A stretch of 64,000 bases of DNA from contig JAKFWZ010000078.1 of NCBI GenBank assembly GCA_021731695.1, forward strand, positions 25,073 to 89,072, read 5' to 3'. A program made the translations under genes and the position numbers. Below the pieces are notes generated by a model, which saw only the letters and a program-made list of their open reading frames with translations, was not told where the DNA came from and made no database searches. This DNA comes from Candidatus Daviesbacteria bacterium. GTDB lineage: Bacteria > Patescibacteriota > Microgenomatia > Daviesbacterales > UBA10151. Each line of letters begins with the position of its first letter. Position 1 is the first letter of the stretch. This document shows, in pieces, positions 1 to 7,915 of this stretch.

Positions 1-255
1 TATGGAATTTCAACAATTTCCTCAGCTGTCTCGGAAGGCCAGTTTATTGCCTTAGACTCTCTGGCATACCACCGGGGCCGGGAAAGCAACATAGTTGCAA
101 TTATAGTGCAAAGAGAGGTAGGATTAGCGTTAGGAAGATTTATTTTCCTGATTATTTTAGGATTATTGTTTTGGTTTGGATTACCTATAGCAGTAGTTTT
201 TGTGATTGCAGCTCTAACATCACTTCTAACCAGGCTTTATCCGGAAAAGATATAA
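1..255 (+). CDS. 3' end of a membrane-protein gene truncated by the window edge
   Basis: Frame-1 ORF runs from the window start to a TAA at 253-255. It has a hydrophobic C-terminus (...FIFLIILGLLFWFGLPIAVVFVIAALT...). Its stop abuts the ATG of the next gene. Confidence 0.3.
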   Translation, partial: YGISTISSAVSEGQFIALDSLAYHRGRESNIVAIIVQREVGLALGRFIFLIILGLLFWFGLPIAVVFVIAALTSLLTRLYPEKI

Positions 256-1020
256 ATGGAAATTTTAGGCTATATTTTATTTTTTACATTTTTAGGAAGT
301 ATGGGTTCCTTACTCGGAGGACTGGTTTTACTTAGGAGTAAGTCAATCGCCGAAAAAGTCTCGCACTATCTTTATTCGTATGCAGCGGGTGTTTTATTGG
401 GCACCGCATTTTTAGATCTGCTTCCTGAGGCAAGTGCCGAATCAGGAGATACAAATATTTTTCTTTGGACATTAGTCGGCATGCTTTCTTTTTTTCTTCT
501 GGTAAGATTTATTCATTGGTTTCATCATCATGATGATCACACGAAAGGGGGAACTGAATCGACAGTTCCTTTAATAATAATTGGTGATACAATTCATAAT
601 TTTATTGACGGGGTGGCAATTGCAGCAACATTTTTAGTCAGTATTCCCCTGGGGATTTTAACTACAATTGCGGTTGCAGTTCATGAGATTCCTCAGGAAA
701 TTGGTGATTTTGCAATTTTACTAAGAAAAGGGCTAAAGCGAAGTCGCGTTTTATGGATTAATATTTTAAGCGCCTGTGCTGCATTTGCAGGTGCAATTTT
801 AATGTTTTATCTTCAGGATTATCTTGAGGGGTCGCTGCCCATATTTCTGGCTTTAACTGCCGGATTTTTTATATATATCGCTTCATCAGACTTAATTCCT
901 GAAATCCATAAACAGGATAATCAGAGATTGGCATTTATTGAAAGTATATTATTGATTTTGGGGTCTGGTACGGTTTTTATTGTCGCAAAAGTTATAGAAA
1001 GTTTTGGTCTTCATGTCTGA
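256..1020 (+). CDS. ZIP family divalent-metal (Zn/Fe) permease
   Basis: Carries the HEIPQEIGDFAILL motif and a His-rich loop (HWFHHHDDH). It is a multi-TM hydrophobic protein, typical of ZupT/ZIP transporters. Confidence 0.75.
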   Translation: MEILGYILFFTFLGSMGSLLGGLVLLRSKSIAEKVSHYLYSYAAGVLLGTAFLDLLPEASAESGDTNIFLWTLVGMLSFFLLVRFIHWFHHHDDHTKGGTESTVPLIIIGDTIHNFIDGVAIAATFLVSIPLGILTTIAVAVHEIPQEIGDFAILLRKGLKRSRVLWINILSACAAFAGAILMFYLQDYLEGSLPIFLALTAGFFIYIASSDLIPEIHKQDNQRLAFIESILLILGSGTVFIVAKVIESFGLHV

Positions 1021-1552
1021 GCAGATAATTTCAGAAGTTGACGATAACGGTAAGTTTATAAAGTATATCCCCAGAATGTTGGGGCATACAGGAAATGGCA
1101 GAAGACATTTAGGAATAACAATTTTAGTTTATAACTCGGAGGGCCAGTTACTTCTTCAAAAAAGAAAACACATGGTGTTTGATAATGTTTGGTGTTTTAC
1201 TGCGGATACACATCCTTACAGACTTAGAAGCGGTGAAGCTGAAACTGTTGATGAAGCTTCAAAAAGAGCACTAAAAGAAGATTTTAATATTGAAAATATT
1301 TCTTTGGAAGATCTTGGATCATTTAATTATTTTGCGATTGATGGGAAGTATTGTGAGAATGAATACTGTGCAATGATGATTGGGGAGTATGATGGTGAAA
1401 TTAAAATGAACCCTGAAAATGGATATGATTTTGAATGGATGGATAAAAAAGATTTTATTAGAGACTTTAAAGAAAATCCGGATAAATGGGCGCCATGGGT
1501 TTTGGGCGGAATAGAAATATTAAAAGAAAAGGGATTTTTTGATGGAGTATGA
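1004..1552 (+). CDS. idi: Nudix hydrolase, type-1 isopentenyl-diphosphate delta-isomerase-like
   Basis: Nudix fold with an IDI-like core (ILVYNSEGQLLLQKRK...SGEAE...RALKEDFNI). It sits directly upstream of the mevalonate operon. Confidence 0.55.
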   Translation: MVFMSEQIISEVDDNGKFIKYIPRMLGHTGNGRRHLGITILVYNSEGQLLLQKRKHMVFDNVWCFTADTHPYRLRSGEAETVDEASKRALKEDFNIENISLEDLGSFNYFAIDGKYCENEYCAMMIGEYDGEIKMNPENGYDFEWMDKKDFIRDFKENPDKWAPWVLGGIEILKEKGFFDGV

Positions 1553-2078
1553 CGGCGAGCTCATTGATATTGTCAGTGAAAATAATGAAGTTATTGGAAA
1601 AGCTACAAGAGGAGAAGCTCACAGAAAAGGATTAATTCACCGGGCACTTTCTGTTTTAGTTATAAGCTCAAAAGGTGAGCTATTGCTTCAGCAAAGATCT
1701 GCAAGTAGATCAATTCATGCTCTCTCTTGGGATCTTTCAACCTCTGAACATGTTCAATCAGGTGAAGCATTTGAAAGTGCAGGAGAAAGATCTTTAAAAG
1801 AAGAGCTTGGAATCACTGCGAATGTTATTAAAGCCAGTAGTCCAAAATTGCAAAAAAGAGAATACCATTTGAAAAGCGAAATGGTTTATGAGAATGAGAT
1901 AGTTCTATCTTTAACAGCAAATCATGAAGGTCCTTTTAAACCAGATCCGAATGAAGTTGCACAGGTTAGTTTTTTTTCTGTTGATGAAATAGAAAAAATA
2001 ATTGAATCCGGAGAAAAATTTACACCTTGGTTTATTGACGAATGGGAGAATGTTAAATCGTTAATCGTTAATCGTTAA
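1539..2078 (+). CDS. Nudix hydrolase, second IDI-like paralog
   Basis: Region ALSVLVISSKGELLLQQRS...SGEAFESAGERSLKEELGI is paralogous to the preceding gene. Its last 6 codons and the stop are encoded by the heptamer tract. Confidence 0.5.
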   Translation: MMEYDGELIDIVSENNEVIGKATRGEAHRKGLIHRALSVLVISSKGELLLQQRSASRSIHALSWDLSTSEHVQSGEAFESAGERSLKEELGITANVIKASSPKLQKREYHLKSEMVYENEIVLSLTANHEGPFKPDPNEVAQVSFFSVDEIEKIIESGEKFTPWFIDEWENVKSLIVNR

Positions 2079-2128
2079 TCGTTAATCGTTAATCGTTAAT
2101 CGTTAATCGTTAATCGTTAATCGTTAAT
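2059..2128. repeat. Tandem heptamer (CGTTAAT) x10 with stop codons in all six frames, between convergent genes
   Basis: Ten perfect 7-nt units. TAA occurs in every + and - frame. The tract lies between the stops of the Nudix gene and mvaD. Confidence 0.9.
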
Positions 2129-2133
2129 CAGTT

Positions 2134-3111
2134 TTAGAATAAATGCTTATCTGAAAGTTTCGTCCCATCTCCCGGTTCGTTTATTATAATTTGTTTTACT
2201 TCAGGAATTTCTTTAAGTTTCTTTCCTAATTTTTTTACATCCCTCTTTTTAGTTATTAAATGAACATCCTGACCGGTGTTGACAGTAAAGTATACTGTGA
2301 GACCTTCATCCCGCCACTTTTTTGTAAGCTTCATGATTAAAAGCGAGTTAGGGTTCAAATAAATTAACGGTGGGTTTTGAGTCATATAAATCGAGTGGAG
2401 CTCTAATGCTTCCTGCTCAATAAATTCCCCTAATTTGGTAAAGTCTTTTTTCTCTATAATTCTTTTTAGTTCTTCGTTTTTCTTTTTCATTCTCGCAACT
2501 CTTAACTTGAGAAAAGGAGAAGAGTCGGCATTTTCCTGTCCCTCAGAAGTCGGGACTTCTTTTCGGTTTCTCGAAACAACGGCGACTACATCTGCGATAT
2601 CCCAATGATCTTTAGGAAAAATTGTTTTAGCGTAAGAAGTTTCACTTGTATCTCCGTCCATCCATTCTACAATTCCAGACGGAATTGATCTGCAAGATGA
2701 TCCAGATCCCTGGCGGGCTAAAATAGATAATTCTTTTTCAGATAAATTGAGAGCTGCTGCGCTAGCTGCTGCGACAGTCAAAGCAGCAAAACCAGAAGCG
2801 GATGATGATAAGCCGGTTCCGGTAGGGAAAGAATTAACTGAAATCACTTTTGCAAATGTTTCAATTCCGGCGAGGTTTCTGATCCGGTCTAAATGCTTTG
2901 AAACTTTTGCTGCTTCTGTATCAAGTTTTTCATTGTTTATTATTATATCATCTGCTTTTAATTTTTCATCAAACTGCACTGTTGTAGTTGTTAGTAAATT
3001 TGATAAAGTCATGGAAATTGAACCATTTATAGGAAGACGCAAAATTTCATCTTTGCGTCCCCAGTATTTTGTAAAAGCAATATTTGACGGCGCAATCGCA
3101 GTTGTTTTCAT
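2134..3111 (-). CDS. mvaD: Diphosphomevalonate decarboxylase (GHMP kinase superfamily)
   Basis: N-terminus is AIAPSNIAFTKYWGRKDE. Carries the GHMP ATP-binding motif PTGTGLSSSAS. Confidence 0.85.
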   Translation of the reverse strand: MKTTAIAPSNIAFTKYWGRKDEILRLPINGSISMTLSNLLTTTTVQFDEKLKADDIIINNEKLDTEAAKVSKHLDRIRNLAGIETFAKVISVNSFPTGTGLSSSASGFAALTVAAASAAALNLSEKELSILARQGSGSSCRSIPSGIVEWMDGDTSETSYAKTIFPKDHWDIADVVAVVSRNRKEVPTSEGQENADSSPFLKLRVARMKKKNEELKRIIEKKDFTKLGEFIEQEALELHSIYMTQNPPLIYLNPNSLLIMKLTKKWRDEGLTVYFTVNTGQDVHLITKKRDVKKLGKKLKEIPEVKQIIINEPGDGTKLSDKHLF

Positions 3112-4082
3112 TTTTCTATTCTAACTCCTTCTGCATTTACTTCAACTTTTAAAACTTGTCCGCCGACTTTTTTAATAGCATTTTCAATCGCAGATTTTTT
3201 TGATGGGGAAGTGAGAGCAATCATACAATCACCAACTCCAGCTCCTGATAATTTTGCACCAAACGCACCGGCATCTCTTGCGGCATTAATCATATCGTCC
3301 AATTTTTTAGAACTGACCCCTATTTTGAAAAGATGAGTCTGGTTTAGATTCATAAAATCGCCTGCCTTTTTGTAGTTTTCATCAACTAATGCATTTTTCC
3401 CAAGCATCACGACCTTTTCTATTTCGTTAAATATATGAGTATAAAATTCAGGCTTCTTCTTAATTTTTTCCTGAAGCTGTTTAACTATTGTGGGTGTATC
3501 CGCCTTAGTTCCTGAGTATCCAACTACAAGGGAAAAGTTTTTTAAATGAAGCGGCTTTATCGCTTTTCCGCCAGTTAGAAAATAGATGGTTCCGCCATAA
3601 ATGGCAGCGGCTATATCAAATCCTGAACCAACTCCGGCAATTTCCAGAACTGTCTTATACGATAAATCAAAAATTTCTTTGTTAGACAGATTTAAATTTG
3701 AAATTTCAGATAGTGCTTTAATTGCACAAACCGTAGAAGCAGAGGAGGAGCCAAATCCAAAAGTGGATTTAAAATCAGAAATTGTTTTAAATTTAAAGCC
3801 TGACTTTTGAGGATATTCTTTAATGAAATTTTTTAATGCAATCTCTGTAAATTTTGCTCCTTTTGGAATGTCGCCTTTGCCTAAATCAAAAATCTTTTTT
3901 TTGTAACCATCTATTCCAACATCTGGCGCATCTAATTCGAAATATGGTGCTTCAATAGTTGTTAGTTGAAGCTTCAGCCTTTGATCAACAGCAGTAACGA
4001 TACAAGGTCTATTGTAAACAACAGCATGTTCTCCAAAAAGCATTAATTTGCCGGGTGCTGAAACAGTAATTTGGTTTTTCAT
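3108..4082 (-). CDS. GHMP kinase, probable phosphomevalonate kinase (mevalonate-kinase-like)
   Basis: Motifs APGKLMLFGEHAVVY and GFGSSSAS. Overlaps its neighbours by 4 nt within the operon. Confidence 0.6.
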   Translation of the reverse strand: MKNQITVSAPGKLMLFGEHAVVYNRPCIVTAVDQRLKLQLTTIEAPYFELDAPDVGIDGYKKKIFDLGKGDIPKGAKFTEIALKNFIKEYPQKSGFKFKTISDFKSTFGFGSSSASTVCAIKALSEISNLNLSNKEIFDLSYKTVLEIAGVGSGFDIAAAIYGGTIYFLTGGKAIKPLHLKNFSLVVGYSGTKADTPTIVKQLQEKIKKKPEFYTHIFNEIEKVVMLGKNALVDENYKKAGDFMNLNQTHLFKIGVSSKKLDDMINAARDAGAFGAKLSGAGVGDCMIALTSPSKKSAIENAIKKVGGQVLKVEVNAEGVRIEK

Positions 4083-4996
4083 ATTGTGATTGAATAATAA
4101 TCGTATTTGTTTTTCTTTGCAAATTCTACTATGGTATTTGGATCTTCGTGAAAGGCTAAAATCATTCCCGAACCTTCTTTGATTCCACCAGCGCCAGATA
4201 TTTTTCCTGCTCCGCCTAGCGTTTCGATATTGTGAATAATCTGTTTAGCGGCCTCACCAACAACTCCAAGTTTTTCCAGATTTCTTTCAGCTTTTTTTAT
4301 TATTTTAATAAACTTCTCCTGATCTCCCTTTTTTAAAACTTTTGCCATTCGAGTTGCTAATGCTCCCTGGGATTGAAAAATACCAATTATTTCTGATTGC
4401 GACCTTGCATAATTATCTTTGACTAATTGAAGCATTTCAGCTGTTGTCTCAGCTGGTTTTCCTGAATTAATCAAAACCAGATTCGCTATCTCTTCCGGGA
4501 TTTTAAATCCAAGCGGTTTAATTTTATTTGTGGTCTTACCCTTTCTGAATAGAATAATTCCTGATTGTAAAACTGCGGCCAAATCTCCACCAGACGGATT
4601 GCCGTGAAATATTTTTTCTCCCTCGATAGCGATGTCAAAAATATCTTTTTCTGTATAATCAATTTTTAAAAACTTTAGTAAACAAATTGCAAAAGCTGAA
4701 GAAAGCGAGGCGGAAGTTCCGAGACCGGAGCCGACTGGTATTTGTGTTTTATCTATTTCTATTTTATACATGGGAATTTCCACCCCAAATTTTTCTTTGA
4801 TCTTTTTCTCAATAGAATTTTGCAATCTATAAATTGCATCATCATAATGAACAATCCCTAAAATTTCTTTAGTCTTTGATTTAGTTATTTTTGCTGAAAG
4901 ATATAAATTAACCGAAGCTAAAATTGCTGGTTTTCCGTATACAACACTATGCTCACCGATCAAATGAATTTTCCCTGGGATTGATATTTTAATCAT
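4079..4996 (-). CDS. mvk: Mevalonate kinase
   Basis: Motifs IPGKIHLIGEHSVVYG and PVGSGLGTSAS. The start was moved to the ATG at 4994-4996. The 5185 start in the ORF track is a TTG extension through a GC-rich structured element. Confidence 0.65.
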   Translation of the reverse strand: MIKISIPGKIHLIGEHSVVYGKPAILASVNLYLSAKITKSKTKEILGIVHYDDAIYRLQNSIEKKIKEKFGVEIPMYKIEIDKTQIPVGSGLGTSASLSSAFAICLLKFLKIDYTEKDIFDIAIEGEKIFHGNPSGGDLAAVLQSGIILFRKGKTTNKIKPLGFKIPEEIANLVLINSGKPAETTAEMLQLVKDNYARSQSEIIGIFQSQGALATRMAKVLKKGDQEKFIKIIKKAERNLEKLGVVGEAAKQIIHNIETLGGAGKISGAGGIKEGSGMILAFHEDPNTIVEFAKKNKYDYYSITI

Positions 4997-5130
4997 ATTA
5001 ATGAAGCACCACGGGCTTACGCCCGTGGTTTCTTCTAGCTTCAAGCGGCTAAGGTCGCTTGTCCTCACACTACGTGTTCGGAAAATCTTCATCCGCGAGC
5101 TAATGCTCGTGGTTTTAAGATTTGTCGCTA
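4997..5130 (+). ncRNA. GC-rich structured element A, a candidate small RNA or terminator cassette homologous to 11830-11935
   Basis: One hairpin is CCACGGGC-TTAC-GCCCGTGG followed by TTTCTTCT (5009-5036). A second is CGAGC-TAAT-GCTCG followed by TGGTTTT (5096-5117). The shared motif CTTCATCC..CGTGGTTTT is also present in element B. Confidence 0.3.
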
Positions 5131-5230
5131 TAAACCAATAACCCAATATAACAAATAAAGCCAATGTCCAATAAAGTCGCAACAAAAATAATTAGGAATT
5201 GGTTTATTGGGTTATTTATATATTGGTTTA
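5131..5230. repeat. Partial copy of the dyad CCAAT/ATTGG intergenic element
   Basis: Contains aaaccaataacccaat...ccaatgtccaat...aattggtttattgggttat...attggtttatt. It shares motifs with 7791-7915 and 50297-50425. Confidence 0.5.
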
Positions 5231-5581
5231 TTATTTTATGGCGGGCCTCACTTTAACTATATATTCAATAATTTCCGATGGATTAACTTTTTTACCTCTT
5301 CTTATAACAGTCACAACTTTTAAATTTGGTTTTAATGAAGATTCTTCACAATCAACAATTTGAGCTGGCATTTTTTCTCCGTTTTCAAATTCAACAATAC
5401 CAGAAATATACGGAATAAAATCTTCAAAGCCTAAAGGAGGTACTGAAATTTTTGTCCACACCAAAAGTTTACCCGTTCTATTAAGGTACTTATTTAAAGT
5501 TTTATGGTGTCTCCAGACTTGTGATGGGTTAGTCATTTTGTAATATATGTACGGCGACTGTTGCACCTGTTCCTCCGACAT
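5231..5581 (-). CDS. DUF35-type OB-fold protein, partner of the thiolase/HMG-CoA synthase pair
   Basis: 116-aa protein with a C-terminal OB-fold-like region. It lies immediately downstream of the thiolase and HMGCS genes, as in archaeal operons. The true start may be Met16 at about 5536. Confidence 0.5.
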   Translation of the reverse strand: MSEEQVQQSPYIYYKMTNPSQVWRHHKTLNKYLNRTGKLLVWTKISVPPLGFEDFIPYISGIVEFENGEKMPAQIVDCEESSLKPNLKVVTVIRRGKKVNPSEIIEYIVKVRPAIK

Positions 5582-6662
5582 TTTGCGTTAATCCGATTTT
5601 CGGATTCTTAATTTGTCGGTTTACCGCAGTGCCTTTTAATTGTTCATAAACTTCAATAATTTGTTTCACACCAGTTGCACCAACCGGGTGACCGCAGCCC
5701 TTAAGGCCTCCTGAGGTGTTAACTGGCAGATTGCCGCCAAGCTTTGTTATTCCGCTCTCAATAAATTTTCCGCCATCACCTTTTTTGCAAAACCCTAAGT
5801 CTTCCATTGCCAGAATTTCAGCGATTGTAAAACAATCATGCACTTCGAGTAAGTCAACTTCTTTTTGAGTAATGCCTGCTTGTTCGAAGGCTTTTTTAGA
5901 AGCCCTTATTGTTGCTGATATTTCATTCAAGTTTTTTCTTTCTGATAGTCCGACAGAATCACTTGCGACAGCACTGGCACTGATGTAGACATCTGATGGT
6001 TTGGAAGAGCTTAATACAACAGCAGCAGCCCCGTCAGTAATGGGTGATGAATCAAAAAGTGTTAAAGGGTCAGCGATCATTGAAGAATTCAAAACTTTAT
6101 CAACAGAAATTTCAAAAGAGTATTGGGCTTTAGGATTTAAAGAAGCATGATAGTGATTTTTTACTGCAACCGAAGCCAGCTGTTCTCTCGTTGTTCCATA
6201 TTTTTTCATATGAGATTTTGACATCAATGCATAAAGAGCGGGAAAAGTTAGACCGGATTGTCTCTCGGCTTCCGAGGCTGCTCCCATTAGAGCTGTACCG
6301 ATTTCTGAAGTTGATAAATCTGTCATTTTTTCAACACCAATAACTAAAACATTTTCATAAAGTCCGGATAAGACTCCGGTAACTGCCTGATGAACCGCAA
6401 CGCCCCCTGAAGCACAGGCTGCTTCAACATGAGCGCTCGATGTATTAATTCCGAGCTTTTGTGCAACAAGCGCCCCCAGATGATCCTGACCGCTGGCTTT
6501 TCCATATAACATGTTTCCGACAATCACTGCATCAATCTGACCTGCTTTTAATCCAGAATCTTTTAAAGCTTCTGATCCCGCATCATATGCCAGATCCAAA
6601 AGTCCTTTATCCCAAAGTTCGCCAAATTTTGTAATACCGGAACCAAGTATGTTTACTTTCAT
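5529..6662 (-). CDS. Acetyl-CoA C-acetyltransferase (archaeal-type thiolase)
   Basis: N-terminus MKVNILGSGITKFGE. Thiolase Cys motifs (VEAACASGG; CGHPVGATG). Confidence 0.8.
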   Translation of the reverse strand: MKVNILGSGITKFGELWDKGLLDLAYDAGSEALKDSGLKAGQIDAVIVGNMLYGKASGQDHLGALVAQKLGINTSSAHVEAACASGGVAVHQAVTGVLSGLYENVLVIGVEKMTDLSTSEIGTALMGAASEAERQSGLTFPALYALMSKSHMKKYGTTREQLASVAVKNHYHASLNPKAQYSFEISVDKVLNSSMIADPLTLFDSSPITDGAAAVVLSSSKPSDVYISASAVASDSVGLSERKNLNEISATIRASKKAFEQAGITQKEVDLLEVHDCFTIAEILAMEDLGFCKKGDGGKFIESGITKLGGNLPVNTSGGLKGCGHPVGATGVKQIIEVYEQLKGTAVNRQIKNPKIGLTQNVGGTGATVAVHILQND

Positions 6663-6674
6663 AATTTAAAATTT

Positions 6675-7772
6675 TTAAACGTACCCTTTCGACATTAATA
6701 TTTTTAGTAGATAAGAGTAGTTAATATATTCTTTATTTTTGATTTGATCTGCAACCTTTGTTTTTTTCTTCTTTTGATAAGCAGTGATTAGGGGAGTAGC
6801 TTCCAGGATAAAAGCGTCGGATCCGGCTCCTGATCCGTAACTACATAAAAATATTTTTTGGTTTGGTTTAGCGATATCTAAAACTGCAGCTAATCCTAAA
6901 AGAGAAGAGGCAGAGTAGGGGTTGCCGATATCCTCAACTTTAAAACCTGCTTCTAATTGTTCTTTTTTAAAGCCTAATTTTTTTGCCACCTCTTTTGGGA
7001 ACTTACTGTTTGGCATATGAAAAACAACATAATCAAAATCTGAGGGTTTCGTCTTGGTTTTTTCCATCAAATGAGTTGATGCACTCATTACATGAGTGAA
7101 ATACGCCGGATCTCCGGTGAATCTGCCTCCGTGTGAGGGAAATTTTTGTCCGTCGCGTCTCCAAAAATCCGGTGTATCGGATGAATAGGATGTTGATTCG
7201 ATTACATTGGCGATGACTTTCTTGCCGCTTCCTAAAACGGATCCTTCAGCTCCTTTTGGGTTCTTGCTAGTTGAATCGGAACCCAAAATAAAAGCGGCGG
7301 ACGCAGAAGCTGCCGTGTATTCTAAAGCATCCCCGGGTTTTGCTTGTGCAACATCGGACCCAATCACTAAACCGTATTTATTTTTCTTAAGTTCATCCAT
7401 CATGGAGATAAGCCTCATCGCTGCGGTTGCGGCTTTGCAGGCAAATTGAGTGTCGATAGCCAAATAGTTGTGCGGAAGACCCAATATTTCGCCAACGATA
7501 GTAGAAGTAGGTTTTACTGCATATGGGTGAGATTCTGAACCAACCGCTAAAGCTTTAATGTCGGCCAAGGGGATTTGACCAGATTCGATTGCAGCCATAC
7601 CTGCTTCGACAGCAAGTGTCGTGGCGTCCTCGTCCAGTGAAGCTACGGATTTTTCACTGAGCCCTAAACCTCTTTCGATTTCTCCGGCATTCTTATTCCA
7701 GAAATTCGCAATTTCAGAAATCTTAACGCGATATTTAGGAATGTAAGTTCCGTATGAAATTATTCCAATCAT
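6675..7772 (-). CDS. mvaS: Hydroxymethylglutaryl-CoA synthase (archaeal type)
   Basis: N-terminus MIGIISYGTYIPKYRV. Motifs FACKAAT and GSGAGSDAF. Confidence 0.8.
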   Translation of the reverse strand: MIGIISYGTYIPKYRVKISEIANFWNKNAGEIERGLGLSEKSVASLDEDATTLAVEAGMAAIESGQIPLADIKALAVGSESHPYAVKPTSTIVGEILGLPHNYLAIDTQFACKAATAAMRLISMMDELKKNKYGLVIGSDVAQAKPGDALEYTAASASAAFILGSDSTSKNPKGAEGSVLGSGKKVIANVIESTSYSSDTPDFWRRDGQKFPSHGGRFTGDPAYFTHVMSASTHLMEKTKTKPSDFDYVVFHMPNSKFPKEVAKKLGFKKEQLEAGFKVEDIGNPYSASSLLGLAAVLDIAKPNQKIFLCSYGSGAGSDAFILEATPLITAYQKKKKTKVADQIKNKEYINYSYLLKILMSKGYV

Positions 7773-7790
7773 GTTTAATATTTAATAAAC

Positions 7791-7915
7791 CAATAAACCA
7801 ATAAACCAATTTCAAATAAAATTGCCTTGGGACTTCGTCTAAAACCAATTCCCAATGCGCTCCAATCTTATTGAAATTTGTATATTTGACATTGGTTTAT
7901 TTGTATATTCTAGCG
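7791..7915. repeat. Dyad CCAAT/ATTGG intergenic element, copy 2
   Basis: Structure is (aaaccaat)x3, then gacttcgtctaaaaccaattcccaat, then tttgacattggtttatttg. The core is 24/26 identical to 50348-50373. The arms are inverted (aaaccaatgtcaa vs ttgacattggttt). Confidence 0.6.

Noticed and set aside
2059-2128. Possible CRISPR array
   Set aside because: The tract consists of contiguous 7-nt units without spacers, and no cas genes are present. Tracts 53883 and 54793 are rejected for the same reason.
4997-5185. N-terminal extension of mevalonate kinase to the 5185 TTG start
   Set aside because: The extension runs through GC-rich hairpins. The conserved kinase N-terminus (MIKISIPGKIHLIGEH) begins at the ATG at 4994-4996.
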